NCBI RefSeq assembly: GCF_027921745.1
Contig: NC_079240.1
Coordinates: 124,001-188,000, forward strand
DNA length: 64,000 nucleotides
Direction of reading: 5' to 3'
Source: Schizosaccharomyces osmophilus
Taxonomy: Eukaryota
Shown piece after piece: positions 47,994 through 59,919 of this stretch. Positions within the stretch are counted from its first letter, which is position 1. The number at the start of each line of letters is the position of its first letter. The translations under genes and the position numbers were made by a program. The notes under the pieces are model-generated. The model did not search any database. It was not told the origin of the DNA and saw nothing but the letters and a program-made list of their open reading frames with translations.

Positions 47994-49661
47994 TCTACGG
48001 GAATAAATGCAAAAGAATGCCCGTTCCTATTTTAGCAAACAGCGATGGTTGTTTGTGAACGACAGACAGGTAGAATTTTGAGTATTTACAACTATCGCCA
48101 TCCCTCCTTGTAGTAATATGGGAGCCATCCCAATATACTGGGCAAATATCATTCGTCCAATGGGGGACCATTAAAAGAAATGAGAAACAAGGGTTACAAA
48201 ACAGCGAACTCTTTCTATTCTTTTGCTAAGATTTTCGTCTTTTACAACCTTGTACATTCCAAAACTTCTTTGACTTGAGTTTTTTACGCCTCAATTGTTT
48301 ACCAAGTAAGTATAGCAGACTACCGTATTTTTATTTAACGTAACGTAATGCATTCAAGTTTTCACCGTACATAACATAAGATGGTAGCATAACGATGGGA
48401 ATGGCGTCCCGAGGCAAAAATTCGGCAAAAGAGAGATCTAAACTGTACAAGAAGGTAATCCAATCAACGACGATACGTTGCTTTGATGTCACATTCTATG
48501 ACATCAGCAAGCAAAATTGGAGAGGAAGGGTAAGGCTAGTCGAAATCGGGGATATGGAGAACCAAAGCACGTTGAATATAAGGTACGAAGGGTGAAAAAG
48601 AGCTTCCTGCGTCACTGGAAAAAGGCTGCTTGTTTACGTCGCTGAAAAGGAAAAAGGGGAAAATACCCGAAAACCACAGAAACAAGTCTTAAGAAAGAAT
48701 ACTTCAGCCTCAAAAACAACTGTCAAAAAGTTTATCTCTTCAACCCTTACCCTTTCAGGTTTCCAAGGGTCAAAATTCAGGTGCGCTGCCTGGGAAGGAA
48801 GCTTACAGCACAATTACTCAATCTGTAGAACCGATCTAGCTCTTTTTTTCCTTTGCTTTTGGCTCGTAATTTTGTAATGGTTTCGTTTCGCAGTCTTTAA
48901 AAAATACAAGTGGGGTTATGGAGGAAAAGTATATAAAGCCTGCCTGCTTCTCCCTTTAGCAAGGAGACGCCTGGTATTCGAACCTATATATCTTACTATA
49001 GATTCACCATTTTTGTTTTAGCTTTCTTAGTGATTCATCATTTATCAAAGCAATCAACTCCCTTTTCTTTTTTTGCACTGACTTGTTCCCAGTGGATTAG
49101 CATTCATCGCTCGCATCATCATCGTTAGTTTTTATATTCCTAATTATTCTCTCTTTCCTTTCTACTCCCCATTTTAATTGCATAACATTCATCTTGGCTC
49201 TTTCCTTTATTCGCAATTTTAGACAATCTACCACTTTTTGTGTTTTGTTATCGTTATAAACGCTCCTGCTTTTGGTTCCCTTATAAACAAACAAACACTC
49301 CGCTTAAACAGTGTTTGGCATTGGCTTTAATTTTCTACGTGAGCACATACTTCAGTCAGATACCGAAGTTCCACTCATTGATTTAATTTTAATCAGGAAT
49401 TATTATATTCGTGAAATCCAGCAAACCTTTTTGTTTTCCCAAAGTCTTTTTCAATCCCCGTTATTTTCTTTTTGCATATTCCTTTCCTTTCAAGGAAAAG
49501 CATCAATCTAAGATTTGTCTAGCTGCGACTCCCATTTTTGCGACTCCTTTTTGGTTCTTTTCTTTTGAAATCTTCCTTTTCATTTGCATCGCATTTAACT
49601 ACTCTCCTAATTGTTTACTTCCTTGCTTCATTGTTTACCTCAATTCTCCGTTTATATAATA

Positions 49662-49677
49662 GTAAACAAACAAACAG
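49662..49677 (+). promoter_or_regulatory. FLEX (Mei4 forkhead) element upstream of mde7
   Basis: GTAAACAAACAAACAG; related ATAAACAAACAAACA at 49283-49297. Confidence 0.7.
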
Positions 49678-49939
49678 AAACAAGGTAAATTGGACTCAAG
49701 TCATTCTCTTTAAGCTATCGAAAGCCTCATATTTTGAAGTCTTCACAAACTCACCTTTTACCCATACATATTTGCTCCTTACTTGCCATCGGGTATAAGT
49801 ATCAGTTAACATATTTTATCTGCCATCATTCATCGTGCTTTTACCCTTTTCATTCTATATAGGGGTTCCAGTCTTCGTTTCCTACCGGTGAACTAACTTT
49901 TATTCTTGCAGCCCTCTCATCGCAATTTCATTTTTCACT

Positions 49940-52228
49940 ATGAGTCAACTGTCTACACTTAACAATCATCAGAAACCTGCTAAACCTGAAGATGCTAGCG
50001 GTAGAATGTCTGTATCTAGTCTTTCTTCTAATCCTTGGAACAACGCGCCTGAACAACCACAAACAGGCCACATGCATAATGGAAGTACTGGGAGCTTGCT
50101 CAATCCTTTATTGTCAGGAATGTCAAATGGCGCGTCTCATCCATTGAATTATCTCTATGCTCCATACGCTCAACCTGCCAAATCAGCTGCCCCTCCTTAT
50201 CTGTCAACTATGAATCCTATAGGAACGAGCCCAACGAAATTGCCTTCCTTGTCTGCCACAAACGTTTCCGGCCCAGCTTCAGGTGGAGTGGATGCTTCCA
50301 ACTATCCGCCCAATTTTCCGACACAATCCCGTCCTTCTCTCTGGAATCCCGCTTATGATTCTTCCCCTGGTTTAGATGGAACAGGGAATTCCCCTCCAAA
50401 GTTCCGTGGCAATAGCTGCAGTGTTTCAGACGGCCGACTTTCTGTGAACGCTCTAAACTCGCTTACCTCCTTTGATCCGCAAAATGCAGGACTTGGCCTT
50501 TCTCTTCGGTCAAGAACTCCAAGTTTGGTTCCTGAACATATATTTGATGACACCGACAAATCTCTACAATCGAAGAGTAGCAGTGGCTCAAACTCATTCA
50601 GCGAGTTTACTCCTGAAAGCTTTGACTCGTGCACGCTCCATGTACTCGACGGTCTCCCAGATGACATTGATAACCGAGAGTTCAGTGGAATCTTTACATT
50701 TTGTGAAGGTTATATGCAATCAAAGGTTGTAATCGATTCGGGTCATCGTAAAGGAATTGTTACCTTCAATAACCCCAATGCAGCTACCAAAGCTAAGCAA
50801 ATGCTGATGAACACGCCAACCAACACATTTACAATCGTTCAGGGAAACCTTCATATCAATGATAATTTACAACAACGACCAACTCCGTCGGTGAATCCTG
50901 TTCCGATGCAAATGAACAAGAAGGTAGACCCTTTGTTAGGAAATATTCGTCCTTCCCCGACCGTGGAAAACTCTCAGTATCTCGATTCGATTTCCGAAAG
51001 CAAGATGTCTTCTTCGTTCCCTAGCCTTGATGCTTTGCAATCTTGTGAACCTTTCAAAGGTCCTAAATCCGATTACATGGCACAACCAAGAACTTCTATT
51101 AGAAGCCCTTCTCCATTGACTTGGAAAAATAACCAAGCTTTCCAGAATGGAGGGATTGGTGATAAGACTTGGTATGGGTCCCAAAGTCTTAAGAATGGAT
51201 ATAATACCACAACCAACAACCCTCTACTCTCTAACGCAGGTTCCAAAAAAATGACAAAGTTACCGACAACACTGTCAAATATTAGTGAAGCCAATCCCGC
51301 GTACGATATCCTCGGCAGCCTTGCACCTACAATTGAGGATGAACGTTTTACTTTAACTCAGTCTATCTCTCCTAAAGCCAGATACCATGTTGCTGAGAAG
51401 CCTACATATCAAAAAGAGAACTCTTTTTCATCTTCACAAGGGCTTGATCGCTCAAATCCTTTTGAAGAAGCCTTGAGAATGGAACGTTTAAGCCCTGCCA
51501 AAGAGCTACCAGCAATTCGACCTCGAGCTATACCCCTTAACGGTGTAGCACCATACGAGCCTGAATTCCAGCGTCCTCCAAATTGGAAACCGTTGCCTGA
51601 TTTAAATACCGTTAAGTCAAGAACGTCCTTAAAAAAGCGACCAATCCCCAAAACCCAAAACCTTGAAACTAACTTGCTATCGTGTTTTCAAGCTGATACA
51701 CTGCAAGTAGAATTTGACCCTAGTGCTTCAGATGCCACTGTTCACGCAGACCAAAACACTCCCTGTAATACCATCTATGTGGGAAACATTTCTGGTTATG
51801 ACCAAGAAAAGGAATTGCGAAAACTTTTCTCAACACAACCAGGGTATCGCAGACTTTCTTTTAAAGTCAAGGGTAGCAACCCAATGTGCTTTGTAGAGTT
51901 TGAAGAAATCTCTTATGCTACGAAAACATTGAATCAACTTCAAGGAGCCATCCTAAAAAATAGCCCTAAAGGAGGAATTCGTCTAAGTTACTCAAAAAAT
52001 CCACTTGGAGTCCGATCATCAGAGAGCTTACCCATAGTTGCAGCGGCTTCGCAAAGAGCCTCCCCCGTCAAAAATGGAAGTGCTTATTCTGCAAAAGCTC
52101 AAGCCTCTTTGGATAGAAGCCCACCTTTCCCGTCAAGTGTTTCAAGACAAACAAGTTCAACCAGTCTTCCAAGTAAGCACGGAAATATGAGTGATTTGTT
52201 TGACATATTTGAAATAAACACTAAATAA
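49940..52228 (+). CDS. mde7: Whi3-like RRM RNA-binding protein Mde7
   Basis: [14 protein letters not shown]...PMCFVEFE...[16 protein letters not shown]. Confidence 0.85.
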   Translation: MSQLSTLNNHQKPAKPEDASGRMSVSSLSSNPWNNAPEQPQTGHMHNGSTGSLLNPLLSGMSNGASHPLNYLYAPYAQPAKSAAPPYLSTMNPIGTSPTKLPSLSATNVSGPASGGVDASNYPPNFPTQSRPSLWNPAYDSSPGLDGTGNSPPKFRGNSCSVSDGRLSVNALNSLTSFDPQNAGLGLSLRSRTPSLVPEHIFDDTDKSLQSKSSSGSNSFSEFTPESFDSCTLHVLDGLPDDIDNREFSGIFTFCEGYMQSKVVIDSGHRKGIVTFNNPNAATKAKQMLMNTPTNTFTIVQGNLHINDNLQQRPTPSVNPVPMQMNKKVDPLLGNIRPSPTVENSQYLDSISESKMSSSFPSLDALQSCEPFKGPKSDYMAQPRTSIRSPSPLTWKNNQAFQNGGIGDKTWYGSQSLKNGYNTTTNNPLLSNAGSKKMTKLPTTLSNISEANPAYDILGSLAPTIEDERFTLTQSISPKARYHVAEKPTYQKENSFSSSQGLDRSNPFEEALRMERLSPAKELPAIRPRAIPLNGVAPYEPEFQRPPNWKPLPDLNTVKSRTSLKKRPIPKTQNLETNLLSCFQADTLQVEFDPSASDATVHADQNTPCNTIYVGNISGYDQEKELRKLFSTQPGYRRLSFKVKGSNPMCFVEFEEISYATKTLNQLQGAILKNSPKGGIRLSYSKNPLGVRSSESLPIVAAASQRASPVKNGSAYSAKAQASLDRSPPFPSSVSRQTSSTSLPSKHGNMSDLFDIFEINTK

Positions 52229-52509
52229 ACCTCAAATTCAATCCAATAGTTTTATTATGATTATCCTTCAAAAGTTCTCTCCAAACAGAAAAAACATGTT
52301 TCAAAGGGAATTGTCAAATGAATTTAAATAAAATAAATCATAAAAAGTTGTTTAATGAGATGTTATAATTCCTTATTTTTAAATTCGTAAGTAGCCGTAG
52401 GTCTTTCAATCCGATGGTGTATATCAATTAGCAAAAAACCTTTCAAGTTTTTTGTATGGTAAATAAATAATCACAAAATATGTAAGTTCATTCATAAATA
52501 CGTGATTTT

Positions 52510-53403
52510 TTAAGATACTAATAGACAAGTCAACTTCTCCGGCGGGCTTTCGATAACTTTAGGTATTTGCAAAAGAACAAACCTTCTCGTGAGACCTGAC
52601 ATAGAAGTAGAGTTAATATTGTAATAAGCACAAATTAAATGAATCCAATATCTTGCAAACGTAGAAGCTTTTGTATTATCTGGACATTCAACATCCAAAC
52701 GGACATACTGATGCCGATACAAAGATCGAGCATTCTCATGCATAAGCTTCAAATCGAGGGAGGCCGTAACGACGAAACTTTCTGAAATGTACTGATACAC
52801 TTCGTTCGGCCTATGACTCCACGAGATCAACTTTTCATGAAGGATATTTTGAAGATATCTGTCAAGTAATAAGACCAATTGCAAGGCATTGCTACGTTTC
52901 AATTCATGGCGAATTTTACTAGCAATTGTGTAATAATGAAAGTCTTGCTCATTGTACTTCATATGTAAAGAGCTGTCCAATAATGGATCCTCGATAGGAT
53001 CCTCATAAAACTCCTGATTCACACTTGAAAAACCAAAGACTGGTCGGGATGAGCAATATTCCTGGTATAGATTTTCTTGCTCTTCTTCAGGAACTTGACT
53101 AAATAGATGAAGATCTATTGCAGCAGTTAGCTGAGATCTAAATTGATTCAAAAGCTTACCATTCAAATAACGGTGACGTTTTCGCGATCCCACATGGCGC
53201 GAGGATTCATTCGGTCGCCGTCTATGCTGACTATGATGCTCTAACGATTTTGTAAAATATGAAGGACGCGTTTCGTGGGTAGAGTTTCTTAACTTCGCTT
53301 GCTGAAATGACAAAATATTTATCCTACGGACACCATTGTTTATTGGAATTGCTGGTTCACGCAAATCTGGTTGTCCATAGACGCTATTAGGAACCAAAAC
53401 CAT
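52510..53403 (-). CDS. Conserved fungal protein with a probable C-terminal R3H-like motif
   Basis: 297-aa ORF; RYWIHLICAYYNINSTS resembles RxxxH. Confidence 0.7.
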   Translation of the reverse strand: MVLVPNSVYGQPDLREPAIPINNGVRRINILSFQQAKLRNSTHETRPSYFTKSLEHHSQHRRRPNESSRHVGSRKRHRYLNGKLLNQFRSQLTAAIDLHLFSQVPEEEQENLYQEYCSSRPVFGFSSVNQEFYEDPIEDPLLDSSLHMKYNEQDFHYYTIASKIRHELKRSNALQLVLLLDRYLQNILHEKLISWSHRPNEVYQYISESFVVTASLDLKLMHENARSLYRHQYVRLDVECPDNTKASTFARYWIHLICAYYNINSTSMSGLTRRFVLLQIPKVIESPPEKLTCLLVS

Positions 53404-53847
53404 GGTTGGTGATTGATGAAAGGCAGAATCATACTTGGAAAAGTAGATGGCGTTACTTACCCTTTGTCACCCAACCTTCAAAAATTTCATGCCTTCTATT
53501 ATATAATACAATAGTACCTGAATGAATCGAAGACTTAAGTAGTAGGACTTGCAACACTGAAAATAAAAAAAAAAAATAAAAAATTATTTAGCATCCTTAA
53601 AATGGTATTGTTTCGACGTAAAAACCTCATTATATATAAAATGAAAATGTTAGATGGCTTGCAACAAATAAATAGCCAAAACGTTAATAAATGGTATATA
53701 AGAACAACAAGTATTCGGCTGACTACCCAGTAATGAAGTTATACTGAGGTTTGAGCACGATGTAAGCCTGATGAAAGGAAAAAAGAAAGTTATGCAAGAC
53801 AATCTGAAGGCATAGTAAAAAGAATAATAATTAGAAGAAAAAAACAT

Positions 53848-55842
53848 TTAAAATAACCTCCCTCCTGTATCACGTGCAGCATCCAATTCCTTCATACTTT
53901 CAAAAACATGATTGAATCCTCCAATAATCTCGATAATACCATGCTTTTCAAAAATCTGCAGAATTGAAGGATCAACAGAAACAAGATAGATGTTGGTTCT
54001 ATAATTTCTGTACCTTGCCAAGATTCGACGAAAAGTAAATAAAGCACTCGAATCCATGGAAGAAACACCAACCATATCAAAAACAACGATCTCCAGGTCT
54101 TCAACACAGTGATATGGCATTTCACCAGGATGCATGCGTGGATTCCCGTATTTCTCCAGTCGACTCAATCGATCTTCCAATTGACTAACATTAGCAAAGA
54201 AAAGGGGTTCTGGAATTCTAACTACAAGAACACGAAGCTGATCATCGGAATCAACTGCAAGCGTATCTATCCGCTGAGAACGGCCAGAGGCATGATCTTC
54301 CAACAGGATATTATCTTCGTTTTCATCAACTGTAGTTCGAAACATAATGCGAGAACGAGTCGCATGCCGTATTATTTGCAAAATTGTAATACCAAGTCCA
54401 AATATGATTCCAGTTTCCAAGCCAAGCATCATCGTTATACTAGCTATAGAAACTATCATGAGAATTTCGTAAAACGCGCGAAGCTTTACCAAAGATGCAA
54501 TTTCATAAGTAACATCTGTTAGTAAAGAAAGAGCCAAAGACACAACCATTGCCGATAACAAGCAATTAGGTACATGGGAAAAAATAGGCAAAATATACAA
54601 AGTTGCCAAAAATACAATAACACCACATGCTATCGCAGAAACCTGAGTACGACCACCTGAAAGGATGTTGCACTTTGAACGTAAATAACCACCGCATATA
54701 GGCAAACCGGAAAACAGGCTTCCACCAATGTTTGCTAGTCCTAATGAAAACAACTCTCGATTTGACCGAAGTATTTGGCTTCTTTGAGTTGAGAGAGCCT
54801 TAATAGCTATAATGGTATCAATGAATGACAGAAATGCGCATGTCAAACCAGTTTGCAAAGATTCACTAATAAAATTTAGTTTATTTAGTTTAGGTAAAGG
54901 GAGTCTAGGATAGATGACCTTTGTTTCAACGTCACCAAGAATTGGTACCCCGTGAACGGAATGCCACTGAAACTGTTTACTGAGTAGAGCTGCTACCAGA
55001 AGAATCAAAACGGTATCCGGAATGGAAACAATTCTAGGGAAGCGGGAAGAAAATCTTGTCTTTCCTATACGCGACGCAGTAAATAAAACAATACCAACCA
55101 TTGAAACTGCGCAGGTAAACTTGTGAGATTTTGAAATATTATGCAGTATAAAAATCAATTTTTCTATAGGAAGATCCGACTTGATAGGTTGGATGTGAGT
55201 TAGTCCAAAAATGACGCTAGCTTGGTTGATCATAATAATGACTGAAATCGACGAAATGCAACCACGAAGCAAAACAGGAGACACAAGAGCATCAAGAAAG
55301 CCAAGTCGAAAAGTCCCTGCTGCCAATGTAAAGAGGCCTGTCAAAAAAGTAATCATTCCGGTAATGAGAATAGCCATTTTTTCTGGGGTTTCGCTATTCT
55401 GAATTACCCTTTGATGAATATTACCTGCAATTAGCAAACATATACCAGCTTCTGGACCCACGCTAAGCAATGGACTAGCCGTAAAAAGGCTATAGAGTAT
55501 CGGACTTATGGAAGCACCCATCAACGAGTACACCGGAGGAATCCCCAAGAATGTCTGAGAATAGCTGAGGGCAACAGGAATCGAAAGACACGCCGTAGAG
55601 CATCCGGCCAAAATATCCCAAATAAAATTTCCAAATGCATAATTTGGAAGCCAATGCAATACGGGGATATAGTACTGAAGTCTTCGGAAGGCAGAAGGCT
55701 TTTGTGTAGGGGCATTCGCTCGCATCCAAGTTGATGATTTTCTAGCGAGCGAATGATATGAAGGATTTGTCTTTAAACGTTCATTTTTTTGCAATAAAGC
55801 TGACCGTGAACTGTTTGGTTGCTGACTATTAGAAAAATTCAT
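53848..55842 (-). CDS. SulP/SLC26 anion (sulfate) transporter with STAS domain
   Basis: YYIPVLHWLPNY, SVGPEA, FRLGFL, NRELFSLG, LFFANV, MDSSAL. Confidence 0.92.
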   Translation of the reverse strand: MNFSNSQQPNSSRSALLQKNERLKTNPSYHSLARKSSTWMRANAPTQKPSAFRRLQYYIPVLHWLPNYAFGNFIWDILAGCSTACLSIPVALSYSQTFLGIPPVYSLMGASISPILYSLFTASPLLSVGPEAGICLLIAGNIHQRVIQNSETPEKMAILITGMITFLTGLFTLAAGTFRLGFLDALVSPVLLRGCISSISVIIMINQASVIFGLTHIQPIKSDLPIEKLIFILHNISKSHKFTCAVSMVGIVLFTASRIGKTRFSSRFPRIVSIPDTVLILLVAALLSKQFQWHSVHGVPILGDVETKVIYPRLPLPKLNKLNFISESLQTGLTCAFLSFIDTIIAIKALSTQRSQILRSNRELFSLGLANIGGSLFSGLPICGGYLRSKCNILSGGRTQVSAIACGVIVFLATLYILPIFSHVPNCLLSAMVVSLALSLLTDVTYEIASLVKLRAFYEILMIVSIASITMMLGLETGIIFGLGITILQIIRHATRSRIMFRTTVDENEDNILLEDHASGRSQRIDTLAVDSDDQLRVLVVRIPEPLFFANVSQLEDRLSRLEKYGNPRMHPGEMPYHCVEDLEIVVFDMVGVSSMDSSALFTFRRILARYRNYRTNIYLVSVDPSILQIFEKHGIIEIIGGFNHVFESMKELDAARDTGGRLF

Positions 55843-57062
55843 AGCAGAGCAAACTATAAATTCGCGAACAATATTTAAATTTTTATCAAACAAAAAAAAT
55901 AGTTGACACAAGCTAAACCGGCGTAGGAAGGCCAGAGAAAAGCAGCAAGAGACTACGAAGCACTATGAAGTTCACGACTAAGGATAAGCAACTTTTTTTT
56001 AGAATTCTAATAGCTTGGATAAATGAAGAAACAATTGAAAACTGCTGTTCCCGCTTCCCAAACTAACACAACGTGGCAAGACAAGAATTGTTTTTTTGAG
56101 AATTTGGTTGATCAAGTGTTCAATGTCGTACATCACAATAGAAAGCGAGAGTTAAAACGTCGCTTATCTGAAGATGATACATCAAATTTTAGTATGATAC
56201 TTCCTAGTAAACAAATAAAGGACGTTGAGATTATTTGGTCTAAGAATTTGTAGCATATTCAAATGTAAACGTATTACTAAAGGTTTTTGACCTACATCTC
56301 CAGATCGAGTATTACAAGTTCCCTGTGCTATAATTTGCCGACATGGATTACCAGTTGATGAATAGCGGCGAGTTTGAAACGGTTTCATTCTTCGATTTTA
56401 CTTTCTAATTATAAATTAATGACTTTGCGCAAGGATTGTGAGACATCTTGACTTTCTCGCTTCACTGGCTGCTAACTGAAGGACGTGCCGTCCGAATCCA
56501 ACGTTTGACAAGAGACTCTTAATTAATTTCTGAATTGGTAATGAAGTAGGAAAGAACATTCAACAGTACATTTACCTGTGCGATTTATTCAAACTGATGA
56601 AATCCACAAGATACAGCGTTCAGTAATAAGCTCAACGAAGAACAAACCAGAGAAGGATACGGTAGAAGCCGATCTTGATAGACGAACTGAACTGTGAATT
56701 CGAGCTACGAGCTTCATAAAATTATTCTTTCGAGCATAGCACAGTAAAAATCGACTCAACGAGGGCAATCCAGCGACTTGACAAAATTTTGAGTATAGAA
56801 AATAAATTTAGATATTTGTTAAATTCATCAGTACACTACATTGGTATATCCAGCAAAATTCGTCTGCAAGTATCATTATGCTATTTGCAGAATGTCTTAC
56901 ACGTCTAACCATCCATTAAATGATTTCTAGTAAGATTTGTTTCATTAATAGAAAAAGTTAGTGTTTTAGAGATTTGCTTGGAAAACTTCCTCCCATACCG
57001 CACTTATCATTACCAGGCATTCTTGTACGCAGAATGTAAAGAAGCATTCCAGGAACTTAAAA

Positions 57063-59575
57063 ATGAAAGAAGTTAGAGTAGTTATTTGTGGAGACCAAGG
57101 GGTTGGAAAATCCTCTTTAATTTCAGCATTAATACAAGAAGACAACGTTACAGCTATCCCAAAGGTACGCATGGATTCATGACTTTGCTTGGCGTTCCAA
57201 TCTAATAGCCTAGGTATTTCCCATTGTATCCATTCCTCCTGATCCAAAATTAAATGACGATGTTTCTTTGGTATTGGTAGACACACAGTGTAAGAACAAA
57301 TTATGATCAGTACGTTTCAAGAAGCTGGCTGACCATTTCTGCGGATTTAGCCGGCAGTAATGAAAGGGATTATTTGGCTTCTCAGTTAAGAAAAGCCAAT
57401 GTTCTATGCCTTGTTTATTCAGACAATTACTCTTATGAACGTGTTAGCATCTTTTGGCTCCCGTATTTTCGTTCACTGGGAATCAATGTATGTGATCCCA
57501 AGATTATAATATTTTCTTTATTTTTTTTTCTAATGAAGAATAGGTTCCTATTGTCTTGTGCGCAAACAAGTCAGAGGACCTTGACAATTACCAAGGTCTT
57601 CATTCTATTGAGCATGAAATGGTACCCTTGATTAATGAGTTCAAGGAAATAGAGTCCTGCATCCTTTGCAGCGCACTCGAAAAAGTGAATGTGAACGAGG
57701 TATTATAGTTTTCTACTAATTACTGTCTCTTAATCAGTCTGACCAAAAACAGTTATTTTATATATGCCGTTCTTGTGTCATTTATCCCATTATTCCTCTT
57801 TGGGAAACAAAAGAAAAGGTACCCAATTATTACCAAATGGTTTTTATAGTCTATTTTCTCTAACCGCTTTTGAAGAAACTGAAAAATGTGGCAGTTGATG
57901 CCTTAAGTCGAATATTTTGTAAGCACCCAAATCATTTCTTTTTTATTTATATAATAGCTTCCTGAGCTAACTTATCTAGTTTTAAGTGACAAGAATAATG
58001 ACGACCTTTTGTCGACAACAGAGCTTACACACTTATCCGAGAAATGCTTTGGAAAGCAGCTTAGCGAAGAGGAAGCAGAGGATATAGTTAATACAGTCCA
58101 GGAAGTCTTTCCAAATGGAGTAGTTGACGGTCAGCTTAACCGCGCTGGATTTCTAGTTTATAATCAAATCCAAATTGAGAACGGAAAACAGGAAAGTACT
58201 TGGGGAATTTTGCGAGCCTTCCATTATACAGACAGTTTGTGTCTTGATGATTCTTACTTAAGTCCCAAATTAGAAGTTGCTCCCGGTCAGAGTGTTGAAC
58301 TTAGTCCAAAGGGTAATTCTTGCATTGATGTGGTCTTTACTAAACATATATTTTAGGATATAGGTTTTTAGTCGACTTGTTTTATCGATTTGATCGAGAT
58401 AATGACGGAGCACTAAACGATGATGAACTCTCCGAACTCTTTCGGTATACACCAGGACTGCCTGAAACATGGATTCATTCGAAGTTCCCAAATTCGACTG
58501 TACTTAATGAACACGGGTTTGCTAGCTATAATGGCTGGATAGCTCAATGGAGTATGATTACTCTATTTGATTACAAAACTACTTTGGCATACTTGGCTTA
58601 TTTGGGATTCGATAGTGAAGGCCGTGGTCATGTAACTGATGCACTTAAAGTTACGAAAAAGAGATCCATTCAGCATCGTCGAGTCTCCAAATACGACCGT
58701 AACGTGTTTTTGTGTTTTGTAGTTGGATCTGCTGGTTGTGGAAAAGTAAGAGTTACACATTTAAAAAAAAAAGCTAACATAAAGACTTCTTTATTATCTA
58801 GCTTCATCAACAAAAGTCCCCATCGTGTTTCCGATGATTTAATTCCCAATACAGTTGTCAATAGTGTTGAATTCCAAAGCAGGCAAAGATATTTGGTTGT
58901 ATGAAAACATTAATTATTGCGAAAGTTGTTAGCTAATTAGTAGCTCTCTGAAATTGGTGAAAAAGATCTTGATATACTTGCTAAGCCGAAGTCACTAGAT
59001 GCCTGTGATGTGTTGTGCTTGCTGTATGATTCCTCGAACCCGAATAGTTTTTCTTTTATAGCGAATCTTTTGGTAAGAGTAAAAAGAAAAAAGGAGCAAG
59101 AAATACTAATCATTATGTTAGGGTCGATATCCTGCTCTTCAAAAAATCCCTTGCGTATTTGCCGCAACTAAAGCTGACTTGGATCGTCAGCAGCAAGTAA
59201 GTCGTAAATTTTTGATTGCCATATTTTCGCTAATATCTTTTCCAGAGATATCCTGTTCAACCGGACGAATTTACAAAACAGCTAGGCCTTCCGTCTCCGA
59301 CTCATATTAGTACTTCTGCTATATGGAATACTTCTAAAGATTTTTTTATTCAGGTATTCATAATAATACGGTCTGAGATGCTAATGTATATATTTTAGAT
59401 TGCTGAATCAGCTCAGTTTCCAGCTTCTTCGATTATTCAGATACCTGACGAGAATTCCAACAAAATAAATTACCAATTAGTTGTCGCCTTAACAGCGTTT
59501 GGGGCCTTGTTACTGTCCGTAGGAGGCAGCCTTGCTTGGAAGATTGTGAGACATCGAAATATGTTTAAGCGGTAA
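57063..59575 (+). CDS. gem1: Mitochondrial Rho GTPase Gem1/Miro (about 12 introns)
   Basis: [11 protein letters not shown] hands ([18 protein letters not shown]), second GTPase GSAGCGK, C-terminal TM anchor. Confidence 0.93.
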
Positions 59576-59919
59576 CTCTGTATCTACAAAAAGCCACTGT
59601 ACTTATAACGACGTTATTACGCTACGCCTTTTTACTAGTTCGAGAATGAATATATATCTGTACATAGAATAATACTCCAAGATGTTTTTTTTTTATAATG
59701 ACAAATCAGGGAAAGTAGATGGCTTGCTATTCCGTTGTAAGATAAATAAAATGTAAAAATGCAAATCTATTTTCGTTTATTCGTTTTCTTAATTTACAGA
59801 TTAAAAAAACATAGAGCTAAGAAAGAGCTTTTAACGCCATCTTTGTATCCAACAATCAATTGCTTTTGATTCGTTGGGTACGTATTATTCTTTCGCCGTA
59901 AAGACAATTTCATCAAAAC

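Noticed and set aside
54109..54522. 137-aa antisense ORF within the SulP gene (and similar antisense ORFs in other genes)
   Set aside because: Shadow ORFs of conserved coding sequence with no motifs
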